A stretch of 63,678 bases of DNA, the filler included, from Conidiobolus incongruus B7586 (lineage: Eukaryota): the NCBI GenBank assembly GCA_000697335.1. It is 8 parts of 8 records of this genome, joined end to end, with 100 filler letters (N's around TTAATTAATTAA, not from the genome) between each part and the next. Parts side by side here need not be neighbours in the genome. Positions count along the whole stretch, not along the records: positions 27,259 to 49,877 come from JNEM01006146.1; positions 49,978 to 53,130 come from JNEM01006147.1; positions 53,231 to 60,502 come from JNEM01006148.1; 5 more parts are not named here. One strand, 5' to 3'. The notes beneath the pieces are model-generated. The model worked only from the letters and a program-made list of their open reading frames with translations, did no database searches and had not been told where the DNA came from. The translations under genes were made by a program, and so were the position numbers. Each line of letters begins with the position of its first letter. Position 1 is the first letter of the stretch. Positions 39,771 to 53,989 of this stretch are shown in pieces.

Positions 39771-41855
39771 TATTAGTATATTTAGAAATTTGATTTTTTT
39801 AGAATTTATAATTCAAAGATCTCAATTTCACTGCTATTTATGATTAATTCGTGATTTGTATTTTTATGGGACATTGCAAATTAAAATTATTAAAAGTATT
39901 TCTTTCACAAGTATAACCAAATCTATCATATGTATATCATGATTTTAAATAGGATTATTATTCCATTTGGTTACCAAGCTACTTTAATTTAATTGACTTT
40001 CATGAATATTTTTTAACTCATAGTCATTTGTTACAATTAAAGTAATTTAGAATAGTTAAAATTATTTGTAATATTATATTACATTTTATGATTAATTATT
40101 TTAAATTATGATAGATTGAATATTTAATATTATAAAATTATACATTTTTACTACCTTTTTAAAGGATTTTATACCTATTCTATAATTTCTATATTGGTAT
40201 CATTTTTAAAAAATCGATTAGATATACAAAAATCATTAAATTTCAATTGAATTATACTCCCAGAACTGATTTGCAAAGAATTATTTAAATTGAGTAATAT
40301 AATGATAATTGATATTGGGTATTCTGCTTATCTCCTATTATATTTAATTTGTTAATTTTTATTATATTTTTCAAAACTGATAATTAGAAATGATGATTTA
40401 ATTATTTGACAGACTGTTTAAAATTTATTAAAATTGAATGTGACTTTCAGGAGATTATATAAGTTAATAGGCATTTTGTAGTTTTTGAATTATTGTAATT
40501 AAGTGTAAATTTTGATTGTATCATTATGATATTTTCACTAAACAATTCAAATATTTGTTACTCACATTTCATTAATTAATTTTAACACATGGAAAATATA
40601 AAAGTTTCATTATATATCAGATATGGAAATATTATGAAATATATTTAATTATATAACAATTTACACTATTTTGGATGCTAAGTTTATTAACTATAATTAT
40701 CTATAATTATCATAAATTTTTTAGAAATTTTCAATTTCTAATCATTATATTAATTATTTATTATATTGCTATATTCAATATAGTGTTTGACATATCTATT
40801 TCATAAATTTGTATAATACTGAAGCAATAATTTTAAATTTCTTATACTATTAACTTGTGATATTTAAAATAATTTAATGCATCAAATAAGTAATCTATCT
40901 ATTATTTTCATTTATTTCACACACACACATATATATATATATATTACTTGCAGGATAGCTCTTTTTGAATGTATCATATTTGTTGAAAAGTAGATATTGG
41001 TTAATTACGCTCAAATAGCAAACTACTTTTGGAATATATCATACAAATCATAATCAATATCTTAATTCAACTTTATCTATGTATATAATATAAGTTAATT
41101 ATGTGTTCAAGTCGGAAACTGATTATGATTGGCTGAATATATTGTCTGATATTCAATATTGAGCAAAATATTATAAATTCATTAGACCAATTTCAAATTC
41201 CAATACTTGCATATTCCTATTCAATATATATTCAATTAAAAATACTCTGAATTTTGTTTCAAATATTGAATTTTATTTATTTGCAGTTGCTATACAAATA
41301 CTGATTATAATATACGACGACTTGGATTGTTTTATTGTTTGATATGGAATTAATGTTAGAATTTCAATTGTGAATGTGGAGAAGATTGATTGGATATTAG
41401 GAGAATATTATGAGAAATAGAGTGAATAACTGGGCATATTAGATGTGAGGTATAATGGATCAAAGCAATTAATGTTTGAATTGAAAATGGGAGTAGAATA
41501 TAATCAAATGAAATCAATAATTCCCATTAATCAAACATGGGTTTGATAATGATTTATAATTATTGAAATAGAATCAATCAAGTTGTATTGAGTTGTAACT
41601 TTGTTCTTTAAGTTCAATTATTATCGAATTTATTCAACACGTAAGTCAATCATTAATTAAAGAGCATATGCTTTAGTTTTCTAGATACTCTATATCCAAT
41701 ACCTAAATAGTCACAAAGTCACCATTCACCTCATTCCATTCATTGTCACAGATATAATTATCATCAAGATTGACTGCTCAATTCAATCTATTCTCCACAT
41801 TTATTCATCATCCTTTGATGCTAATTCCTTTTGCTTTATAGACTTTATTCCCTGT

Positions 41856-42434
41856 ATGTTTTGGATTATTGCTTTGATCTTAGGAATTGCCATTCCTCTT
41901 CTTTCTTATGTGTTCTTGAATCAATCTGGCGCTCAACCTGAGCAAAAGGCCTCCAAGAAAAAATCAAAATCAAAGTCTAAAAAAGCCAAAAAGGCTGAAC
42001 CTGTTGAACCCGTTGTAACTAAATCTGTTACTAAAGAGGCTCCTAAGTCAGTCGTTGTCGAGGCTCCAGTTGAAGCTCCAGTTCAAGCTCCTGCTGAACC
42101 AGTTGCTGAGGAACCAACTAAGGCTAAGAAAAAGAAGAATAAGAAGAAGAAGTCTGCTGCCTCCAAAGCTTCCGAAACTTCCACTGTCCCCACTAAAGCC
42201 AATGAAGATCAACAGGCCAATGATGAGGCTTCCAAGGAAGAAGCTGAAAGCGCCCCTGTTGATTTCGCCGAATCTGACTTTATTCCCGTTAAAAGCTCTC
42301 ACCATAATGACTCCTCTAACACTAGCCAAGAAACTACTCTTTCTCGTTCTTTCGATATTCCTAAGCTTCCCTCTAAGGCTAAACCTGTTGAATCCTTCAA
42401 TCCTTGGACTTTATTGAGTGAAGAAGTCAACTAA
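41856..42434 (+). CDS. N-terminally membrane-anchored Lys/Ala/Pro/Glu-rich protein
   Basis: Hydrophobic N-terminal anchor, poly-Lys tracts, and codon usage like the highly expressed genes in this window (GCT, AAG, GTC). Confidence 0.75.
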   Translation: MFWIIALILGIAIPLLSYVFLNQSGAQPEQKASKKKSKSKSKKAKKAEPVEPVVTKSVTKEAPKSVVVEAPVEAPVQAPAEPVAEEPTKAKKKKNKKKKSAASKASETSTVPTKANEDQQANDEASKEEAESAPVDFAESDFIPVKSSHHNDSSNTSQETTLSRSFDIPKLPSKAKPVESFNPWTLLSEEVN

Positions 42435-43697
42435 ATATGTATTATATCCAATGCTTGCTAGATTATTCATAGTTGAATGAAAATTATTTAGATATGGCAT
42501 CATTTGAAATATGATTAATTATCATTTTTCTTATATACAAATGAAGACATAAAAACTCATATTTGAGTTTGTGATTATTAGTTCTGCAATTTTATACTAT
42601 AAATTTTCAAATCCTTTCATTCTTCAAAATTAAAATAAGATAAGCCAATTTTTTAAATATTATTGAAATTTAAGAGATTGGAATTTTTACCAATATATTG
42701 TATTTTAATGATTAATACAACACCGCATAGTTAATATTTTTATATTAAACCAATATAACTATTTCAAAATGTATTACTATTATTTTTTTATATTTTAGTA
42801 AATCTCAAATCAAATTTGTTTATCGTTATCATTATCATTAATAAACTACTCTATCAATACATATTTAATATAATTTTAATTAACCATATAAATTATATTT
42901 TATAGTTTAAAAATAATCAATCCAAAATTATATTATGGTATTATTTTCTAAAGTATTATTAATTTCTACTAATAATTTCAAGTTTTACTATATGTAGATT
43001 TACTTGAAAACAGTTGCAATTTTTATAATATATTTCTACTGAAAACATATTTCAATTGTAATAATAATGATGATCAACTTACTAATGTATGATGGATTGA
43101 GAAAAATAATCATTCACCAAATGTATATCAATACTTTTGATTTAATTGAAAATATTTGATTGATATATTTTACCAAAATGTATTTACTAAGATTGAATTA
43201 ACAGTAAACAAATTTCAATAAAATCCTTTATATATAATATTCTCTTCTATAAAATCTTTTGTATATTATACACTAACAGATCAACTTGCTTTATATTAGT
43301 TTCAAAGGTGAAATCACAACCATAAATCTATATTTTCTGAGAATTATATTTTTATTAATTGTTGGCACAACACTGCTTGCAGATTCTCTGGTGTTTAATA
43401 TATATCTATCTCAGTCAAATATATCGTCTAAAAATCACAGGGTTATGCGATTTAGGGAGCTACTTGAATCAATTGCAGTAAAATTATGATTGATTCACAT
43501 TTTTTAAATTAATTTTAAATATTGTGAGTTTGAAATTATCACGTGATCATACATCAACTGATTACATATCTATTTTAATATTTTATTTGATATTTATCTG
43601 GTTGAAAATAATATTGAGTTGAATCCCATAATTATTAAATATAATTAAAATGAATATAAATTAAATCCTTCGAAATTAATTGATATTAAATTTGATC

Positions 43698-43937
43698 ATG
43701 ACTCACTTACCAACTATCCACCTTTATCGACACTCATTGAGAGTCATTAGAAATTTTCCTATAAAGAATTATCATGGAAAGTTGAAATATAATGTTAGGG
43801 ATTTAATTGAAACTTATCGACATGAAACAAATCAACTGGATACTCTGATTCAAAATGCTTATGAAGATTTAAAAGTTATCGAAGCAATTGGTAAATTTGA
43901 TAAGCCAACTCTTGACAAGTTGTTTAAACAGCAATAA
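43698..43937 (+). CDS. LYR-motif (Complex1_LYR, LYRM9-like) mitochondrial protein, 79 aa
   Basis: MTHLPTIHLYRHSLRVIRNFP...KLKYNVRDLIETYRHET: LYR tripeptide with the typical helix spacing. Confidence 0.7.
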   Translation: MTHLPTIHLYRHSLRVIRNFPIKNYHGKLKYNVRDLIETYRHETNQLDTLIQNAYEDLKVIEAIGKFDKPTLDKLFKQQ

Positions 43938-45542
43938 TGTTGCTTATTTATTATGAATCTTCATTCACTCAAATAGAATTTATTTCACCCTATTTAATAC
44001 ATCCTCTTTCACTTTAATAAATTTTGTAACATATTTTTCAATCTACTTAAACTATCACTCAAATATAAAATTATTTAATTTCTCATATTATTTTTCAGTA
44101 TTTGGATTTATAGAATTTTTTAATAATTTCACATTCATTAATCAAGTTAGTAATATTTGGAATATATTGTTGATTTTTTACCATAGTACCCAGTTATATT
44201 TTTATTTATTCATTTATCTTGCAATTTCAAATTTCTGCATTAAAAATGATTATTATTATATTTTTTATTCTTGAAATTTTTACTTATAATATTGATTATA
44301 TATAGAGTTCCCAATCGTTCTGTCGCAATTTTGTTAATCTACATCATACTAAATTTATTTACATAACAAATTGAGTATACCATTTTGATTTCTTATTTTT
44401 TGTAAGATATATTTATTTATCAAGACCTATAAAATGTGGTTCAAATACATTTATGAGAATATCAATTTATTAAAGATTTTCTATCTATAAAATTTAACTA
44501 TTCTTGTAAAATATAAGCAAAAATTTTTTTCAATTATATTTGATGATTGAATTATTAATATAGCCATTTATTAAGTTAAAAATTATATTCTCAAATTTAA
44601 TAAACTATGTATTAAAAATCATACTAGTTTTTTTAATCAACTATAGTATGCTATAAATAATCATATTCTAATTAACATTACATAATATGGTATTAAGAAG
44701 TATAAAACAATGTAAATTTAATGATAGGATTCAAATCAGAATAATCTGAACACTAGGTATAAACTGTTATATAAATAATAATAATTGAATAAATGCGAAT
44801 TTTCAAAATATTAAAAAAATGTATTGATCAATGTACGACGATATTTATTAACTCTATAATAGAAGGTTAAATTAGACAAATCAATTTATTAAAGTGAAGT
44901 ATCAAAAATATATTTGAACCCAGTTGAATATTCAAGGCAAATATGGCAATGGTATTTTTTTGTTGCCAATTTTCAGTTTGGTATACGGTTTCATGATATT
45001 TCATGAGATAAATATCAATTTTTTATTAAAACATTGTATTTATAAATAAGTTTTTAGTATTGTTATTAATTAGTAGATTTTCATAATCATTAGGCTAATT
45101 TCTATTGTAAATTTTTAGTATTGTTGTTTAGTCAGGTATTGATTTCAAATATAAATTGAAATATCCTTCACTATATTGTGCAAGAGAATGAGGGAAATAT
45201 AAAGTCAAATTGATAATAATATAAGTATAATATTGAATTATAATTAAATCAATGATATATATTGATAAAATAATCAAAATAAAAAATGAGTTATTGAGAT
45301 AAATCAAATAATAGGTAAAATATGTAATAGTAGCATGAGCAGAATAAACGTAAATACAAGTATCATTAATGTATTATTGAATTAGGGCTAAAACTATAAA
45401 CATATAATAAAATGTTTAAAAGAATGAAAAATATTACCACATGTTGGAATGGTAGACCAAAAATCTTGGATTAATGATTAAATAGTTTAACGTGAATACT
45501 TATATATTTTAACGGATAGGCTTAGGCTTATGAAATTTGAAA

Positions 45543-47950
45543 TCAATGGCGAGCTCTTTCACGGGCAGCACGAATAAGCGGAGTGAGTGAACGAAGAGGA
45601 TCAGCTTTTTGAAGGAAAGGATGCTAATACAGAAATAGTTTAGATTAATGATTATATACAGGAATTAATAGTTTGGAAAATTAATAGAATGATGCATTAC
45701 CTGAAGAAGTTCAGCGGCGGTGGGTCTCTTCTCACTATCCACCTCAAGGGATTGCTTAAGGAAATCTCTGAATACCGGAGTTAGATTTTCGGGATTTTGT
45801 ATGGTTGGAGTGCCATTTGTTGCAATTAAATATAATGCCTAACAAAAAATTAATTGTATTGCATCAATTGATTTAATTTAAAAACACTTACTCTTAAGGG
45901 GTTTTCGTTCAAGTATGGAGGCTCAGCTTCTACCATTTCTATTGCCATAATTCCCAAACTCCATACATCAACCTTAGGTCCGTATTCTTTACGGGTAACC
46001 ACTTCAGGAGCCATCCAATAAGGTGTTCCTACCATTGTAGTTCTTTTTGCATTCGCATCCCCAAGTTGAGCACAAAAGCCGAAGTCAGCTAATTAAAGGT
46101 TAATATTACATTGATTAAAGTTAAATAAATATATTTACTCAATTTGACTTCTCCATTTAGTGCAAGTAATACATTGTCGCTCTTGATATCTCTGTGAATT
46201 ACACCTTTGGAATGAAGATGCTTAAGTCCCTCAAGAGTTTCTCTGCAAATGGTGGCAATTTGACCTTCTGTCATTAGGTTACTTGTCACTACATCTGTCA
46301 AACTACCTCCCTCCATGTATTCCATGACCACCCATAAATCACCCTTATATAAGAAGCTATCCAAATAGTTTACAATGTTGGGATGTTTACTGTCTCTCAT
46401 AACAAGAATTTCATTAATAATGAGATCCTTTTTAGGTTGCTGCTCGAGATTCATTTGTTTAATAGCTACACATTGACCTGAGCTGTTTTGAGTAGCGGTA
46501 AAAACACCGCCAGAAGCTCCTTGACCGATTTTAACCAAGTTTGAATATAATTTAGTGGGATCAGCATCGGTACAGATGGCTTTAAGCCGCTCAATGATGT
46601 CTTCAGATTCGGCAGGGCGTGGTCTAGGAGGTCTATTCGGATCTCGCCTTTTGGGAACAATGTTTGCCTTTTGGTGAGACTCAATGGAATGGGGTGTGGG
46701 AGAGGTATGTTGTTTTTGAATTTCAGGCCCATGACCATGGTTAAGAGGGGGTTCTAAAGTTCAAAAAGAATGAAATTTAGTATGACGAGCAGATTGTAAT
46801 ATTAAATAAAGCTTACTTCTGGTTTGAGTAGGAGGAGAAGTGGAACCCTATAAATAATTATAAGTAGATGAAAAAGAAAATAATGAATATTATATACAGG
46901 AGGGGGATGCTTGGGAATAACTTGTGGCGGAGGTTTTCTTTTACCTTCGGGTGGTGGAGGTGCGCGACGCTTAAAAAATTAATCAGTTAAGTGAATTTAA
47001 TTGGATTATAATGGCTTACTGGGTTCTCAAAGGCAGGAGGCTGGACAGCTTGCTTAGGGTGCTTTTGAGTATTATTAAATTTCGACCACACTGCATTTTC
47101 CTGGTCTTTACTGCTATCAGTATAAAATCCCATGATGTCAATCACGGTCTAAATGATCGTTATAAATACTGTCATGACAAGGATATATAGTCTTACTTGA
47201 GGATGAGCTTGTTGCTCATTTTCAGAAATACCGGCTTCAGAAAGGAGTTTTTGCCATTCTTTAGGAAGCCCCTAAAGTCCAGAATCAAAGTTAACAAATA
47301 ACGCAACATATTCAAAGAATTCAAATAATTTACAGTAAATTCGCCAGTATCGGAATTAAAACCAACATGAGTTAGATGAACTGGATTATAAGGTGAAGAA
47401 ATTTCAATTTTCTTTTCGTTGGATAAAAGATCTAAATGCAAGGAAAATAAACTATTTGGAATATCCAATCTGAAGGAATATATTTACCTGACATTGAGCT
47501 AAACATATTAGAAAATACTCCTTTAAAAGTAGTCCTGTTACCACTTGAATTTTGGTCTAAAGATGATGCTGAATCAGAAAATGTGTAAGATTTGCCAGAA
47601 TTAGGTGTCGATGCACTGTATCCATTTTCTTGAAAACCGACATTACCACTACTGGCACTCCTAGTCATTTTTAAAGAAGGTAAAGTATCTGACCGCTTGG
47701 GAGATGAGCTAGTAAAGTGATTATTCTTTGAATTGGATTGTAAACGCAGGGAATTATTGCCACTGTTTGAAGGAGATTGCAAACTATTCCCTGAAAGTTC
47801 TTCTACACGAACGTCTGATAAAGATGAAGTAGTTCGATGAATAGTGCTACTTGTTGGAGAACTTTTAGTCGAACTTTGTGCTGATAAAGAATCTACTTTA
47901 GGACGTGGCGGAGCAACTAGATTTCTAGGAGGAGGAATTGGAGAGCTCAT
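45543..47950 (-). CDS. STE20: PAK/STE20 Ser/Thr kinase with CRIB domain, multi-exon
   Basis: [20 protein letters not shown]; kinase [66 protein letters not shown]-terminal [11 protein letters not shown]. No PH domain seen. Confidence 0.95.
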
Positions 47951-49977
47951 TAACAATAGTCCTAAAGTGCTGAATGGATGTTAAATTAAAAGATGAAGTC
48001 AAACTGACTGAATAGAGTTGAATAATTCAAAATAGGTTGCCGACGTATTGAAGATTAAAAATTAACTTTGTTGTATTTAAATTTGCTTAATTGATATTGA
48101 AAATATATTGAATAAAAATATTATTCTAGAGCTATTTCAACTTGTTGATTTAAAAATATTGAATAAATTGTAATACACAAGGAGCAAAAATATTATTGAT
48201 CAAACTTATAATGACCAATTGGCTTTATTGGTAATTGTTGTCACCAATAAAATTGTAATTCACGTGACAAACAATATTTCTACATGAATATAATTTGTCT
48301 ATTTATTCATCAGCTCAATATATTTATCTATTTCGGGAAATAAAGAGTGTTAAATATAAAATGATATGATTTATTTTTAAATCAAATACATTTAAAAATA
48401 ACTATTCTTCATAAAATATTATGGATATTATAAATTAATATTAATTTGATATTTTTATTTCAAATATGTGTCATTTAATTAAGTGCTGTATTCAAGGTTC
48501 AAGTACCATTTTACTTAACTATTGCAATGTCATTGAGGCTAACTAATATTATAAAAATAACCAGTTTGACAAATTGAATATGTAATTAAGAATTCAAAAT
48601 ATTTTGATCAAACTAGTGAATTCTTTTTGATATTGAACTGTATTCACATATAAATGAAATTCAAGTATATACTATAATAAATTTATTAAATATTTTTATA
48701 TATTTTATACAAATCATTTTATATATTAACATTTTTTTATTAAATTATTTAATGTTTTTATATTATTATATTTTTCAGAGTAACCAATATAAAAATTTTC
48801 AACTTGTTACTGCTATTGTATTTTAGTTTAATCAAAATGAATTATATTGTATTTTTCACCTGATAGTAATTTTTTACTAATACTTTTTTAAGTTTAATAT
48901 TTTTATTAGAGTCCTAAAATTTAAATACATTGATTTTGAATAATATATTGAAAGTATTATTTCATTATTTAAAATTTTTGTGCTTTTAATTTATTTGAAA
49001 CTTTTATAACAAATAATATTAAAAATTCTTAATTGTTTTAAAATCATAAATTTTGATTAGCCTTAAATTTCAATCAATACAAGTAATATTGTCATTATTA
49101 ATATATTGTGATAATTAGTATATTTGATTTAAGTTTATTTATAATAATTTTAAAACTGAACTATTTTTAAATTGCTTCAAGATAAATCCAGATACTTATT
49201 AAAACACCTTCACCCCAATCAAATCAAGCTCAACTTTTTGTTTTTATGTAAGAACTTGTTATTAATATATATATCTATTTAATCATACTATTTGATTGAA
49301 TTTGTATATTTTATATCATATACTATTAAGAGTGATATATAAAGTATTTATTTATTATTAAATAAATGTAAGTGAACTTGAATTTGAGGTTATTGGTAAT
49401 ATGAAAATATAAAGGCTAGCAATTGAATAAACAATAATTTAGCTTTACCCAAAATTGCACAGATTGTTGATTTCTAATATTACAAAAAATAATAAAAATG
49501 CTCTATTATAAAGAATATATAATAATATGAAAATATATTGAATTTATTTATGATATTAATATAATACTATAAATAATACTTTTATTATAATTGGAATTTA
49601 ATATTTATTGGTTTAATATTTTTGATATATATATATATATATTTCTTGTAAAAAAACCCAGTCAAAGAAATTTTTATCTTATATAATATAATGAAAATTT
49701 ATTTTAAATCAATGCAATAATTTGATATAAAATAAAAAATACATTTTTAATTAATAATAAATAATATTTTTTATATTATATATTTTTCATATTTGATTTA
49801 TTATTTTCTATTATTATTATTAAATTAATTATATTTTTGATTTCAATTTTTTTAATTCCTTTATCATTATTTTATTANNNNNNNNNNNNNNNNNNNNNNN
49901 NNNNNNNNNNNNNNNNNNNNNTTAATTAATTAANNNNNNNNNNNNNNNNNNNNNNNNNNNNNNNNNNNNNNNNNNNN

Positions 49978-50463
49978 GAACTTTCCAACTTACGCACCAA
50001 CTCCCGCGAAGTAAAGTTGATAGCATCTCAGGTGCGTGAAGTGCGCGTGGCGACTGAGACTTCCATGCTGAGCAACTGGCGAGCGATTTACACTCAAGCG
50101 GAAATGGGGTCATGCTATATATGTTTTTACATGAAAGCGTGGTTGGACTTGTTTCAACAAATATTATTGCGTGAAGGTCGCGGGAATGCTCACTTAGTAA
50201 ACACAGTCCATAAAGAGCTTGTCGACTGGGGCGTCGCGCGGACCACGCCGATAAGTGACTCTGGGCCAAACGAGCTGGGTGCAACGAACACTGACCACGT
50301 TGCTAGCCATCTCGGCAGCATTGCTTCATGTGAGGAGTTTCTGGTCTTTCTTGATTATGGCGACGTTGGTGACAGCTACTGTAGGCTGGCCTGTAGATAT
50401 GCAGACAATTGGCCTGCTACTGAAGCTACACTCAATAGAGCACCACTTGCAACAAAATCCTAA
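49978..50463 (+). CDS. 3' fragment of an unidentified GC/CpG-rich ORF
   Basis: Frame open from the gap (ELSNLRTNSREVKLIASQVREV...) to TAA at 50461-50463. Composition differs sharply from the flanks. Confidence 0.45.
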   Translation, partial: ELSNLRTNSREVKLIASQVREVRVATETSMLSNWRAIYTQAEMGSCYICFYMKAWLDLFQQILLREGRGNAHLVNTVHKELVDWGVARTTPISDSGPNELGATNTDHVASHLGSIASCEEFLVFLDYGDVGDSYCRLACRYADNWPATEATLNRAPLATKS

Positions 50464-50874
50464 AAAATGGTTATAAAAGTTTATTTCACTTATAAACCAT
50501 ATAAAGAAGGATTTGAATTTCCTAGTGTTGACAGCTAGACTTACAAATATACAAATGCTATAGGATTTAATGGTGAAGAGATTATCAACTATGGAAATGA
50601 TTTCTGTTATGATCCATATGTGGAAAGAAAAATTAGCTTTATTGTGGATAAAAGATTCCTTGAAGATAGAATGATAAAACTTATTTATTACTCCAATTGT
50701 CAAATAGAACATATATATGTTTTAGATGTAATTTAGAGCATGCACTTACAGTTTATGCAAATACATCTATGGGAAATCTGGGTATAAATGATTTTTTAGA
50801 TAGGAACTTTGAAGAAGACATATATCCTATATATTTTAATATTTTGACACAACCCTAAATCCAAAAATCAAATT

Positions 50875-50886
50875 AATAATAATAAT

Positions 50887-50938
<52 letters not shown>
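50875..50938 (+). repeat. (AAT)n microsatellite
   Basis: ~20 AAT units with one interruption. Confidence 0.95.
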
Positions 50939-51219
50939 TATTAATATTAATAAATTAGAAACAAAATAGTAATGCAAAATAAGCCACAAGAACCCATAAT
51001 ACCAAAAATAGTTCCAATAGAGTGATAGTAATTGAATGATTGGCTGAATACCGAGTTCAAATTGACAGAATTACGCAACAGAACTTTGAGTTTGAATACT
51101 GAAAGTTATTCAAGTTTAAAATTAGCTAATTTGAAAAATTTTCAACGATTTAATTATGAATTCATCAGTGAGAGTGAATTTAATAGGTATTTTAATTGAA
51201 TGATAATGAATTACAATGA

Positions 51220-52830
51220 GTTAATGGAGGAGGATTTAGTATGAGTCCGTATGATTTACAACAATTAAAGTTAATTAGAGATTGTTATAAACGTAGAGTA
51301 ATAATTGATAATATAAACATATATATTTGTAGTTTTATTAATTCCTAAATCTTAGTAATTGTTTAAAAATTAAAACTAAAATAAGTGAGTAAGTCCTCTC
51401 TCCCATTTCAATATAATTCACCAATTAATTCAATTGTTAGGTATCCAATAGTACCTCACGATATTCAATTCGATCAAGTACTTAATATTGGTTTTCAAAC
51501 TTATTTCAAGCTTGTAAAAAGATTGGAATTAATCAAAACTACAAATAATTTAAAACAGATTAAATCAAAGACTAAAGAATACTGAGCAATTAGGTAACTT
51601 AAAAATATTAAGAGTTAACTTTCTGTAGTATTGACGTAGTTGATAGAGGGCGAATTAAAACGATTGAAACAGTCCCTAGAAATTGCTAAATTCAAACAAA
51701 TGGCCAAGGGTGAGGTTAAGTTAAGGATTATGAATTCATCAAAGAATTTCATCCAAATTGTCAGATTCGTAAATATTTGAAATTCAATTTAAAGGTTCAT
51801 AATTTATATATTTGTTATTGATGATTTGTTAATGTAATAATGGTGATTTTAGGATCATATCAAATTAATTTTAAGTCAATTGATGTAAAGGATTATATTC
51901 AAAATTTTTAACCTTTGTTAATTTTTTTAACTACCAGGTTATTAAATCAAGAAACTTTCCAATCTTCCATGACATCTAAAGAGAGAGAGAAACAATTTAC
52001 TACAATATCAAAGTAATCAATCATCATCAATTCAATTGATTTACTAAATAATCTCTAGAAATTGAAAGAGAATGAAATCCCTATAAAAATTTTGCAAGAG
52101 CTGGATCAAAATTTAAAATTTAAATTAATTCAATTAAATTTTAAATTTGAAAAAAGATTAATGGATTATAAGTATTACATATTATCTCAATTTATTATTT
52201 TGATTATTGATTAGATATTGATTAGGGATGAATATGTGAGAGAAATTCAATATGACTTAAATCTTCAAGACTCATTTCAATTTAGTCATTTGAACGATTT
52301 TCAATGGTAATAGAAATAAAGTTAAGCTATTATATAACTTAATTGGTTGGTTTTAGTATATTAAAGAGAAATTAAATGAAAAATATACTGAATTAAAATC
52401 TACTGAATCCCAAATCCGACAGAGAATACAATTGTTGAATTCTAAATTATCAAATTATTTCGAATCTCATCCTTTATTCAATTCAACTGACAAGGAATTA
52501 ATTGGGTAATTAATGTTATATTCTATAACAATATCGTTACATATTTATTCTTTGTTAGACATAAAATTTCAAACCAATTACAACTGAATTATCAATATAT
52601 TCCCATTGACCACAATTTCAAGCTATTTGATTTCAATTTGAATATTGTAGAATCACGATTTGTTAAAAATTAAAGAATTGAAAGATCAATTGGTAATTAA
52701 TTAGTATGTAGTTATTATCTATCGTATTGATATCTTTTTTGTTAGATATATAAAGAGGTCGCATTAAAAAGTTTATTGGAATTAAACCTAATGAATGAAG
52801 CTCTAATTAATGAACAATTAAATCAATGTT
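51220..52830 (+). pseudogene. Degenerate multi-exon coiled-coil gene
   Basis: Many ~50-nt GT-AG introns separate exon-like blocks (LIEGELKRLKQSLEIAKFKQMAK; YIKEKLNEKYTELKSTESQIRQRIQLLNSKL), with internal stops. Family not identified. Confidence 0.35.
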
Positions 52831-53231
52831 GTATTTCAAAATTAATCATCTCTTCCAGTTTGATAGCTAAACCAATATTATTTCTATTTTAAGCTGGCTT
52901 TGTCAGTATATAATTGAAGGATACTCTTTGTTCTCTTTATTTTCTTTATTAGATTTTATCCAAATCCCATATCATTCATTGATTCAATTATTTAAACCCA
53001 ACAGTAAGTTTTCAAACCTACAGTCCCGATACGTTAAAGAGCAGGATTAATAAATAATTTACTAAATCATATTTTGAGTACTTTTCTAACTACGATCTTT
53101 ATTTATAAAACTTAATATAAAACACAACAANNNNNNNNNNNNNNNNNNNNNNNNNNNNNNNNNNNNNNNNNNNNTTAATTAATTAANNNNNNNNNNNNNN
53201 NNNNNNNNNNNNNNNNNNNNNNNNNNNNNNA

Positions 53232-53309
53232 AATGTATTCGACGAAGCTATTGTCGCGGCTTTAGAGCCACCTGTTACCAAAAAGAAATCCCGTTGTTTG
53301 GTCTTATAA
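53232..53309 (+). CDS. CDC42: Cdc42 GTPase, C-terminal 25 aa only (rest in gap)
   Basis: NVFDEAIVAALEPPVTKKKSRCLVL*: the Cdc42-typical FDEAIxAALEPP, a polybasic region and a CAAX box. Confidence 0.9.
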   Translation, partial: NVFDEAIVAALEPPVTKKKSRCLVL

Positions 53310-53564
53310 CCTAAGAGCTGGGAGTTATCCAATACGATAAATGAACGAATCCCCTTCACGAGACGCTTGTGTCAACTTGACGAATGATTTTTTCTATCCA
53401 CACATACCTTTTTTGTTAAATTTTACCACTCAAATTAACCTCGATTCAAATATTACTTTTAATTGAAATCTTCTTTTCATATTATATTATATTATATTAT
53501 ATATTCACCTCTTATCTATGTGATAACTTTTTGGATCATTTTATATATTTACTATTATATAATC

Positions 53565-53624
53565 ACTACTATTACTATTATTATTACTATTATTATTACT
53601 ATTATTACTATTTTGAACTTATAA

Positions 53625-53657
<33 letters not shown>
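53565..53657 (+). repeat. (TAT/TAC)n microsatellite in the CDC42 3' region
   Basis: Two runs of TAT/TAC triplets. Confidence 0.9.
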
Positions 53658-53989
53658 TTCGCAATCTTTCTAATTATTTTATCATTTTTCCTTTTATTCC
53701 TCTTTTTCTTACAATTGTATTTCTAATCTTCAATATATATTATCATAAATAAATTAATGTTGTTATTTGGTGCTCTTGTCATAGGAATATATAACATTAG
53801 ATATTTTTAAATATTTAATTGATTTTATTAAACTCAATTTATAATAAATTTATAAATATAATAATAACAATAATGTATACATAATTATAAATTCAATATT
53901 TTACTATTCCAAAATATATTGGGTTGATAATTAATAATGTTGAATATATAAGAAAATTTAAAAATCAAGAAAAATATTTATAATGTTTG

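Noticed and set aside
53531..53752. Poly-Tyr ORF (73 aa)
   Set aside because: Translation of a TAT/TAC microsatellite with a TTG start.
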